This document shows positions 1 through 11,200 of a stretch of DNA of 64,000 nucleotides, piece by piece (position 1 is the first letter of the stretch; the number at the start of each line of letters is the position of its first letter). The stretch lies in assembly GCF_000150275.1 (NCBI RefSeq), contig NW_002060949.1:2229836-2293835 (forward strand). Direction: 5' to 3'. A model generated the notes under the pieces. The model ran no database searches. It was not told the origin of the DNA and saw nothing but the letters and a program-made list of their open reading frames with translations. The translations under genes were made by a program, and so were the position numbers. The stretch is from Trichoplax adhaerens. Its lineage: Eukaryota; Animalia; Placozoa.

Positions 1-1791
1 TTTATAAAACTAAAACTAAAATATTGTAATTTGTTGGTAAATATGGACTAACTTTGAATAGGTGAGGGTAAGAATGAATGAATGGCTTTAGTTCTGACGT
101 ATGAATAAGATAGTTAAATTTTAATTACTTTGGGAATAACATAAAAAATGATAACATAAAATAGTAACGGTAATATCATATTAATGTACTTAGTTTTTGT
201 GCAACATCAGACCTGTAAAAATATTGTTACCAATATTGTTAATGCATGAAACCGATACTAGCTAGGTGCAACTTGGCGAGAAAAGTTATAGAGTGCAGAG
301 TAAAAAATAACAGTAGTATGGGGGTGGTAACTTATAAAGTTCATGTAAAGGTGAACTAAGCTGCCTACATCTAATTTAAAAACCATCTATTGATATAGTT
401 GATGGGTGGAGGAGGAGGAGGAGGTGGAGATGAAAGATACAGAAAAAAGTGATCACCATAGATTTTGTTAGTCAACACCGCCCATTATTTTTTCCCGAGG
501 TGTTTATTTTTAACAAGAACTATTCTAATCCATCATAAACTTAGCCGCCAGTTGACAGGCGCTATAATTTAATCTGTACTTTTTGGTCAGCTAGAGTTTA
601 CGAGAATTTCATGCGACAACATTATATCGCGATATTTATTTTATGACTATCTAAAAAAACACTTAATCTACTTTGATAATAATTATTATATCTATCATCC
701 TTGAAATATCTACACTAAAAATGAAAATGGTCAATCGATCAATATCTTATTTCAGTCATGCAGACAGATAGGCAATGAAGCTTGATTATAACTTGCAAAA
801 TAATAGCAAATTGCATTCTACAGTAGCGTGCACTAGAAGGAAATACATGCAAAAGAGACATAATAACATTCTATGACTTCATAATTTTGCGTAATTACTC
901 ACGAGAACTAACTAAAAATAGATAAAGATTACAATATTTGACTCTAAGAAAGAAACATTGTTTCAACCTGGATATAACAGTAAAGAGGAAATGGACAATC
1001 TTGCTATAATATTATATCAATGAGCAATTAACTAATATATCTTTCTAACGTAATACCCTATTCTTGACTTGAAGTAAATATTGCCAATATTGTCAATTAT
1101 AGAAAAATTATTAGTATTATTGCAAATGATGACAATTTGCAGTATGGAAAAAACTCCATTTGTTATCTTACAAATTTGATATCGTATAAGTAGATTCAAT
1201 ATCAAAAAGGTATTACTATAAAAACTAGCGTAGCAATTAAAAATGTTGAAGTAGGGAAATGATTGCAACAATACAGGATGAAGGAAGGGTAAATTATTGA
1301 TTTGATATACCAAAGAATAAAATTCTCCCCCCCCCCGTATTTCAACAACAGACAATAATAAAGCAGATATTTTTATACATTGACAACTAGGTAGGTTTCG
1401 TGGTGGTCGAGATAGATGCGTTCTGTTCTCGAATATGGAGGTATCAAAAATGTGTGAAAGAGCAAAGAATAAATACATAGAAAACAAAGAGCATGACTAA
1501 AATAGAATAACTTTAAAACGAGCCGGAGGAAAGAAGGAAACCCGACTAACAATGACATGAAAACAAAAAACAAGATGTAAGATTGCATAAAAATCTCAAA
1601 ATAGATTGCAAATTTGACTCTCATTTCACAGTACAACCCTGTCATTAAATAAAATGATCAAAGATGCGGCTATGATAAGGTTACATTAATACTATGGTTT
1701 ATGAATGAAATCTCGAACAACAACACTGTATTTCAATGTTGTCCAGCAAATAAAAGATGATAGGATAATATTAGATTATACGATTACTTAC

Positions 1792-3545
1792 TTGTGCATC
1801 TGATAAGCAATCCAGGCTTCTTACTGGTGTTGTACTACAAGGGCTGTGCCAATTCTAATCGTTTAATAAAAAAATGATCATATTAATACCATACAACTAG
1901 GTAATACGCAATTTGAATGATGACTATTAAAATTCTGCTAGTGTGAAGGTACCAAAAAGAATGAAAGCAATAGAACGCATTTATGAACTACAGCAGAAAA
2001 GGTGCAGAACGTTTTAAGCTATCATTTTGCATGACGAGTATATGATCATATCTGGTAAAGCAAGCATGCTAGCATATTGGTCATTTTATTCTAGTTGACA
2101 ACAAATTAGTGAGAGATGGGAGATTGCACTGTACCCTGGGTAGATTAATTTTATAATTAGAATGTTTTTCAATTAAGTTGAAAAAATTTAACCAAGCAGC
2201 AATATCATACTATTTTACAAAAAAAAAAGCAACAATGAAATTATAAGCATTTTCAAGAGAGCAAATTGTAATTATTGTAATTAATCTAGGAGGTTATCTC
2301 AATGTATCGGTACGTTGATTCGATCAAATTCTACGGTGTTATACTGTAGAAAGATACATTCCAATTGATGAAATAATTATAACTTACTACGGGATACAGC
2401 TTTGGTCGATCATGTTCGAATAAATGTAAAGTACAACTAGATGGTATATGAAATACTCGTATACCCAATTGAATCTACAAGACTGTACCAACATTTTACG
2501 TTCATAAAAACTACTAGCAATAATCTCTTCAACAATCAACTGTACTCCAGCAGTAGTTGCTATCAATACTACTTTGCTTCACGTAATTGTTAAGTTAGGG
2601 CACATATTCAATTTAATTTAAATGTAGAAATTATATGGAGTTGACTAAATTTAAAATGAATTCAACTCGTATTATGGCATATTATTCAAAAATGACTGAA
2701 TGAAGAATTGATAGGGAAAGAGTGAATTTCGTATACAAATCCCATCCACGTCTAGACTGACGCTCTATTTCATGGTTAACACCTTAGTTCACTATTACTA
2801 TTTACATGACAAAAATATTTGATCCACTACATCGTATATTATAGTTTCCAGGTAGCCACCGATGGCGTAGATACTTTGTTTAAATCAATTTTGTATGATT
2901 GTGTGCTAACGTACGTAAGGCAATATTTATCGGTACAAGTGCAAGAAGTCCAAAACGAATTCTTCAAATAAAAGAAACCCTCAGACTTACCTTGAAACCA
3001 GTTTCTATAGTTGTTAATAACTTTATTGATGATCCAGAACCGACACCATTTGCTAACAGTAATCCTTTTGTCAGATTTCTAATTATTGTTAAGATATCGA
3101 TAGATGGGATAGATAGTTAGCTCTATGTTACAAAGTGTTAAAATGTTGATCATCCATTGAAAAAAACTTTTAAACAAGCAGTAAAGTAATAAAATGATAA
3201 AAACTGAATCTATAACATTCAATTTTCTTTTACTTTACTAGAATATTGATGATAATATAGGTTGCTGTGATATCGGGCTTACCTTTCCTTGTAGACGAGG
3301 GAGATTTTATCGATAGGCAAGCCAATGCGTGAAGCAATTCTTCCTTTTAAATCATCTACAGTTTCACGACAACTGACGTGGAATGGTAGTCGTGCTCCAG
3401 AAGTGGATAAAATAACCAGACGTATCTTTTGATTACATTTATTTTTCTTATATCTGGGTAAAGCATCTGTCGATGTAGATGAAATATCGGCTGCAGGAGT
3501 AGCAGCGCTACAACTGCTGGTTTCACTGCTTGTTGGATCAATCAT
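1792..3545 (-). CDS. MIDN: Midnolin-like protein (N-terminal ubiquitin-like domain), first three coding exons; 3' part unresolved or outside the window
   Basis: Exons 3545-3283 (263 nt), 3078-2991 (88 nt) and 1854-1792 (63 nt), all GT-AG and in frame. Joined translation: ...IRLVILSTSGARLPFHVSCRETVDDLKGRIASRIGLPIDKISLVYKERNLTKGLLLANGVGSGSSIKLLTTIETGFKNWHSPCSTTPVRSLDCLSDAQ. This is a UBL fold followed by motifs resembling midnolin 'GSKLTLVPTVEAGL' and 'ALESLTETQ'. No stop is reached, and no convincing phase-0 exon was found in 1-1790. Confidence 0.8.
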
Positions 3546-3647
3546 GTTGGTTGTAATAGTCAGGTTTAAATTTGGTTTAACAGGCTGAATTGAAGCTATC
3601 GACGTGAGGACTGGATCAATCTCTCTTGCTTTCTTTTTTGACCAACG

Positions 3648-3687
3648 GTAGTCGTAGTAGTAGCAGCAGCAACAACAACAACAACAC
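3648..3687. repeat. Compound trinucleotide microsatellite (GTA/GCA/ACA) in the probable midnolin 5' UTR
   Basis: gta gtc gta gta gta gca gca gca aca aca aca aca aca. It lies between a minus-strand acceptor (ttcag, exon start about 3699) and the ATG at 3545. Confidence 0.75.
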
Positions 3688-6339
3688 TAATTATCCAGTC
3701 TGAAATGGATATTGAATTTCATACGATGTCAAAATTATTATATTATTATCAATTAAAGTGAAGGTAATTATAGCTGTTAGCAAGTCCGATCAAGTTTACA
3801 AGGTGTATGTATAAGGTAAAACTTTGCCTAACTAGTTAATATAAGCATGTCTTGAATTTAACGTATTGTAATTATACTGTATAATTAACTTAAGTTAAAA
3901 AGAAAAAAATAATAATAAATACAATTGATCAAAATTGAATTCGGCATTTTTGAAAATGAAAACTTGCACAGTATATTGTAGAAAACGATAGACCATGATA
4001 ACGATAGTAACGATTACTATTATCTTATTAGCGTACTATCGACAGTATTTCAGAGCAAAAAATTCATTTTTTTTTTTGCATGTTTTAATAACAAGATGAT
4101 CGGCGGCTGTAGCCTGATTATCAATTTCGTTAGCCAATATTACCTTGTATACTACTATCAATGATACCTAGATAAGATTATCGTACAAACTCGATATACA
4201 ATACACGTTATCAGCAATCGATAAACAGCACATACGATAAAGGATGTCAATTTGTATCTACCTATGAGTCATCACCACACCGATTTGTAACTTTTAATGC
4301 GATATCGTGTTCTAGTAGATTACGAGATTATTTATAGTATTTAAAATTCTAGACAATAATAGCATTATTTTTCATTTATTTTTTTTTTATTTTTTGGGGG
4401 GTAAAGGGCTATCCATTTGACTGGAGTAAAGTATTGTACACATACTGTATATTAACATCATAGTAAGATATTTGTCTAAGCGATGGTTTTGAAGTCAAGA
4501 TCGATGATCAATCTATTTACCCTGTCCGTCTACTTTGTGAATAGTTGTCTGTAGATAGGGCGTCTAGGCGATGGAATGGGTTCGTTATTATTTTGCAAGC
4601 TATTGGTAAAATTGAGCTATGCTGTCAATACCATCCAAGACGCCTTTAGTAAAGCATTGACAACATCGGCACCTTGTAAGTGTTATTTTGCAAGATACGC
4701 TGCCTGGATGCAATTTTAAAGTAAAATCATGACCGTAGGCGTAGATGTACGCCAGAATTGAAATAAATAAATAATTGGTTAGTAACTATACTGTACTACT
4801 GTCTAGAGTAGATGCACTTTGGATGCATTCATTTCATTTGATGCTTTTATTATGTGTTGATGGAATGAATGGCAGGCCAACTACCATGTTTACGCCCTAC
4901 AATAGAAAATTCGTGCATCCGTAGGCTTGTCTATGACATCAAGATCCGGCATTTGGAGATGATAGTAAAATGTAGCGTAAAAAGGTGTGGGCGAGAGTAA
5001 GTGATGACTTGATACAGTACCACTACTGTAGTCATTAGGCTAGAGTTTGTGGTATGCAGTAGGACTGCAACTGGCATTCTAGTCTAGACAGAGAAGAGAC
5101 TGATGATGATGGCCGATAGTATCACAGTAACTGGGATAACGCGATAGTCAGAAGTAGAGTAGAGTAGTCTCTCTTTTCTCCATACAGTACAGGATTAGTA
5201 GAGAGAGTAGAGACCAAAGGATCTCTTGTGTACAGTGCGATACCACCGTGTTGTTGTGTAAGATGAGAAATACAATTTTTACTCGACTGTTGTTATTAAG
5301 TTAATAACATGATAATTACTGACAGTTTCAAAAAATTTAAACTATCATCACTAAAGATACGTTGCACGTCAAGCAATACACAAGTTCTGTAACAAACCTG
5401 CTAGGTTGGACGTACAGTTAACTACAACACACTCGTCGATGTACAGTATAAATAATAATAATAATGAATGATATCAATCAATAAATTAGGGAAAGAGAAC
5501 TGCAAAAAATGATGAAGTTCAAAATAAATAGGATATCACCATGATCATCGTTATTATCGCCTACAGTATGTACTGTATGTACAAAATCATTCTGCATTGA
5601 GCTACTATCAAGTGGTAGACGTAATTGAATCGATTCTACTCGTCTACATTCATATACATAGACAACTGCATCCAATGGCAGAAGAGTACGATCCAATGGA
5701 AATGAAATTTGCCTATCAAGCTAATACTCCACTCATCCTATCATATAGTACATTATAAAGAAATAGTTGTTGGGATCCTACTTTCAGTAGTCAACAATAC
5801 TCAAATAGAATTGACCGATAGCATTCATTTTCGTCTTGGAAAATAATAATATAACGAATACGTTGTTGTATACCTGGTCAAATGATGAAGTCACTTGTAC
5901 CAAATGCTGTGTGTAATCGACGGTAGTGCCAAGGCAGCGGTAGAACAGAAAATGAGATCGAATTAGTGCACCCAATAGAGGCTGTCAAAGTCAACTAAGC
6001 CCACTTTAGTACTGCACTTTCTTGATGTTCCTATCTTGAATCTGAACTGGTTCTTATGCGATGATGTACTTACAGTGTACGTAGAATGTATTGGAACAAT
6101 TCTTGTTGCTGTCGGTCGATCGATCGATGTTTTGAACAAGGGAGGGCTTGTACTAATTAATTAATTAATTAATAAGGTGGAGAAATGAAAGTCTAGCAAT
6201 CGATAACTGGTTTGGATGAATTAATTTTCGAAATCAAACGATAGCAATCAATGTAGGACTTGAAGCGATGGGTCAAAATTGGTTTAGTTCCGATTTTGTT
6301 GCTCCTAGTAGTATTTTGTCTCCAAAGTAATGGAGCCAT

Positions 6340-7165
6340 CCGATTGTAAACATACATATTTATATCTGCTGCAGCCGATGGTAGTTACTATATACCCATG
6401 GCATCTATTGTTGACTGAATAAGCAACAAAACACCTACTCCCTTGACGATTGTTCATACTAATGTATTGTATAGATTACCGACAAACAAGCAACAATAGT
6501 CAACAACGACTAAAAGTAACTTTGGTACTGTACAGTACAGTACAAATTACTGTACAATGCAAGCAATCAGTTGGGCCCGACTGTGCTGTACAGTACAGTG
6601 TACTGTACTACAAGCGAGCGACGGATCCTTTCGTTGACGCGTCCTGGGCGGTGGCACGTGCCGATTGACGTAATGACGTAATTACTGAAATTGAAAACTT
6701 AATTACAATCATGATAATGAAAACGTAAACCGATTGATTGTAGCCAGGCTGTTTACTACCCACTTGAGGTATTATGAAATGCGTTGGTGGCATCAGTAGA
6801 GCATAGTATCGACGTCAAGGAAATGCAATACATAACACTCAGCCAAGCAGACAATAAACGGGCAAAAATAGGAATCAATTCAAATTACAATGATGAAAGA
6901 GATTTACCATTTTTTTCTAAGTTCAATGAATGAACGATAGCAAGAGCAATGAAGCAAATAAAAAGAGAATCAACATGAACAAAGCTCCATCATTTGACGA
7001 TACAATTCGTTATCATTACATAGTCAATACTTTTTTCCTGAGACTGAAAGCAGTCAAATCAATCAATGACTTTTCCTAGTAGCGTGTGTACGTAGTAGGT
7101 ATTAGCCTGCAGGGGCTACTGATCCAATGTCATCATTCCCCCCACCCCAGCCGATTGACGTCCTA
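6340..7165 (-). promoter_or_regulatory. Putative midnolin promoter with TATA box and CRE-like cluster
   Basis: Minus-strand TATAAATA at 6364-6357. TGACGTAA twice in tandem (6666-6681), CGACGTCA 6810-6817, TGACGTCC 7156-7163, E-box CACGTG 6655-6660, and locally raised GC/CpG. A candidate non-coding first-exon donor (GTAAGT) lies at 6073. Confidence 0.5.
6525..6610. repeat. GTACAG/CTGTAC palindromic simple-repeat cluster
   Basis: Perfect palindrome GTACTGTACAGTAC at 6525-6538, followed by further CAGTA/TACTG units to about 6610. Confidence 0.7.
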
Positions 7166-7964
7166 AGGATGATGCATATGGTACAATTCAACTACTGTAT
7201 CGCTTCTTCTTTCAATCAATCAACAGAATTGCATTTTTCCCTTAATTCTATTCTCAACGCCCAAGACGTAGACCTAATTGACTATAAGTAGACCACTTCA
7301 TGGACTGTTTTATCCGCCTTCTAGCCTACTGCTTCCCCTTTATCAGCAACAGTTTATCAAAGAAAGAAATCAATGAGCCCAATAGTAGACTACCATTATC
7401 CACAATACGCCAAAATATCACCATCGCACTATTCTAGTAGACTATTCTAATCCATCAACTGACTAATTGTATATTCCACTTTCCGTGATAACCATCACCC
7501 TTGAACTCTACTCATACTTCTATTTCCCGACATGGATTTATTATTTTTTTCTTCTTCTTCTTTGCTTGTTGTAACATCATAGCAATCAGCATGAGTTACT
7601 CTCTTCAAATTACTGTCTATCATAGTTTACAGGTCCGGTCACTAGGGATCGTGTGATGACAATATACGCCATAATTAGAAAATTTCTTTCATTGTCTTTT
7701 TTTACAGTTTAGTCAACTCAATGCACCTTGTGTTATCAAGGTATCCAAGAAAAAAATACTCTGTGGTTAGGGAAAGTATAGAAGATTCTGATAGGTAAAC
7801 AGCTAAAGCGTCATGATGCTTGATACGGTACAATACTGTCAACAGCCATAAAACTGTCCTCCTTCAAACCTTGGTCTATCCCTATCATACGGAGGAAATA
7901 GAATAAAGACTACGGTCGTTATACGGAGGACTTTTGAAGAAAAAAAACTTTTCTCTTTCTATTT

Positions 7965-8232
7965 ACAGTATAAGTCCCCCTGCCTTTACTGTACAGTACA
8001 GTATTCGGCAGTATCCATACTCTACAGTACTGTATTGTACTGTACTTTCAGTTTTGCAGTACAGTACTGTACAGTTTGTCCCAATCCCGAAAAACTTTGA
8101 AAATAAAACAATGAAATTTCTGTCGATTTTCAATAAAATACAGTACAAGTCAATCGATAGAGGAAGAGTTAAATTACAAGAATCCGTTGACAGAATTTGT
8201 ATAATGTACAGTCTACATACTGTACTGTACAC
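7965..8232. repeat. GTACAG/CTGTAC palindromic simple-repeat cluster (no adjacent gene start)
   Basis: TACTGTACAGTA 7987-7998, TACAGTACTGTA about 8023-8034, GTACAGTACTGTAC 8059-8072, and further units at 8138-8147 and 8205-8232. Confidence 0.7.
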
Positions 8233-11200
8233 TATGACAGTAGAGCAGAGGTTTTCTTCTCGTGAAACATGTCTGTGAAGTATGCAGCGTGCGCGTCCAA
8301 TTCGTATCGTGATTGTTCAATCGATTCGTGATTCGCTATAACTAAATGGATCTTTCTGCCGTGAATGAACTAAACTATGATATGAACTTGCATTTCATTT
8401 AGTGCAATCGAACGCTACAGCACCGTGCTACACAGCAGTGCTCAGAGTAGATCTATGTGTACGTTTTTCTGCCTAGATGTTGTAGCTCCGCTGGAAGTAA
8501 AAATGCATCAGCACATAAATAGCTATCGCCAATCAAAACAGTAATGAAGAATTCACTGATGACACTTTTTACAAATCGATCAACAACTAACTTTTTATGC
8601 TGTAATTCTTTTATCAACATCCATGCAGTAATAAACTCTACAGTACAGTATTTGTCTCCATACAATATTATTGATGAAATTGTAAAAAAATGAATAGAAC
8701 CTCACTACTGAATCCATAACGACAGTGGACAGGATAATAATTACTGCATAGCCTCCCAATTTGTGATTAGTGATTACTTTGACTCTGTATCATTAATTAG
8801 TATAATTTGCGATTTAAAAACACAGAAATTAATTATTGATTTACCAAAAGTGGATACTGATATCCGAGTTCACTGCACATTGCAGTGATTGAACTTATTT
8901 TTGTTCTTATTGAAAGCTTCTAATTGTCGCATGTCGATCATGGACCTCATCTCTTAAGTTAATGAGTAGCAAAAGTTTAGACAGCTTAGTGAGCTCGTTC
9001 AACTAATATACAGTACAACACTGGTTAATAGAGTTACATACGTGTAATTTTAACTTTCCTTCCAACCAATGGTCATCGCACTGTTTTACATTTTATACCG
9101 CTGTATTACCGAGCAAAAGCAATCTACGCAGTAAATCGGGAACCCATATTACTGAGAATACCTTCAAGTTTGTGATATATTTTTACATGAAAGGCAAATA
9201 TAGCAATACCAGTGATTATCTTTCGGTTTAATGATAGCTTAATAACGTCACAAACTCATTATACAATGTTGATCTATACTATTATATCCCTATTCTTGCT
9301 ATTCTAGGTGTTAGTAGAGCAACGTATTGCCAAACAGGTCAATTTTTTTTAACTTGCTTAGATGGAAAATGACTAGACCTATAGCAATTTACGTTTCCTG
9401 TAATAAGGTCGGAATTTAATTGATTTCCAATTCGCCTAATGCAAATCATATTGATTTAGTAAAATGAAACAACACTATAAAAATAGCAAATATACGTAAT
9501 ATTCTATCTCTTGATGAGATAAATGATTAGCATGCCAAATGGTCGAGATAGCGGAGGTTACTATTTTTAATTCCATTATAGATACTCGTTCCTCCTCCAC
9601 TCTACTTTGTCATGACGACGCTATCAATACACGTTCAACAACTCCATGTCTACGGTACGATGTAATGGATCGTGTCAGTAAAATAATAAAAATTTATAGA
9701 GATCAGATCTATTACTATCCCAAACTCGATGTCTCAATGGTAGGTCAAAGGCTTGTTTTTGATCTAGTGTGCAAATAACTTGCACATGTGAGTAATACGT
9801 AGCAATCATTCATTGGCCAGTGGCATCAAAACAGAATAATTATGTATATTAGACTAGTAGATGGACATGGACGGTGATATTTGTATTTTTGTGTCTTTGA
9901 ATAAGAGAAAGTGTGGACGTGTCCAACTGTCTATTACGCAATGAATATCTTGAAATAACAAGAAGTAACTACGTCATATAGGATATTTCACTTAATTTAT
10001 ACTGTATCCCTACAGCAATTAGCTAAACGAAGCAACATGAGATCATCCATTCTTTGGTGATACTGTATCTTTCAATCTTATAGAGCGCTATCGACCTAAA
10101 GAAATACTAGATATGCAGCATATGTAAAGCAAACACGTATATAGAATGTTGCATATTGATATACACAGAGTGATAGAAAGTTAATTTCAGTGCAAAATAG
10201 CCTAAAAACGATGCCAAGCTTTTTAAAAATAATAATATTGTGGGCGTCTTTACTGCTGACAAAGGAATAATTACAAAATTTACATTATAAATATAGCTAA
10301 GGCTTGGTACAAATGTGCTCTTATCATGTATGTTTTGTATAGGTTAAGAGAATACTTAAAAATGTATATATACAACAGTCGCATCAATGAATGAATAGCA
10401 AACAGTACTGTAGCATAGAATTGTAAATCATCAATTAATGGTCAAGATGAATATATCAAATCGTTTATCATTCTACTATATTCTACTGGTAGATACGCGT
10501 ATAAGAGGAAATATATCCTGTGATCAATAATGGTAACAAGACGCTGGAAATGACATCATATGCATCGAACTTGGTGCATTTGACATATGTATAACTTACA
10601 GTGGAATAATAACGCAAAACGAGCAGATCGCGTCAATAATAACATGAAAGAAGCTACTACCATGCCAAAAATAGGAACTAAAAATAATATACACAAGCAT
10701 GACTATAAATAAGTCAAGTCAAGGATATCATTACTATGCAAAGTTGCTTACTGTTAGTAAAATACCTATCTTAGTTGGTCCTAGCTGTCAAGATGATACG
10801 AATAAGAAACGCTGAGATCAGTTGAGCAATGATGCTTGCAAACCGACGACGTAGTAATTTTATACTCAAATCTAAGAATTGGCTATTACTATTATTATTA
10901 TATTATTATCAAACCATACAATGTAAATGAAGATAATGTACTACCTTAATGTTACGTAAAATATAATAGCTACAATAACGCACATTAATATATCTTTCTT
11001 TACTTGAAAAAATTTGCCTTTATTAGAAAAAGAAATTAAGAAGAAAATGGGATAAATTTCAACTGAGAGAAAATAAAAAAGTCAATCGTGTCTAACAATA
11101 GACAGATTGTCATCAACAAAATTAAAAGTTATAGCTGCAGTCTTCTATCAGAGAAATAAATAATATGCAAAACAAAGCTATTTCAATAGTACTACGTCGA

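Noticed and set aside
380-480. Minus-strand peptide IYGDHFFCIFHLHL, resembling midnolin 'VGDHMMFVQLQL'
   Set aside because: An in-frame stop lies just upstream with no AG acceptor in between, and the similarity is partly due to a (GGA)n run.
1032-1645. ORFs of 151 aa and 90 aa on the minus strand
   Set aside because: Their F/I/L/Y-rich composition is typical of AT-rich non-coding DNA. They show no domain and lie within the inferred midnolin intron.
7934-8278. Overlapping ORFs rich in STVLYCTVQY (also 6450-6668 and 56749-56931)
   Set aside because: These are translations of the GTACAG/CTGTAC repeat, which lacks stop codons. They are not proteins.
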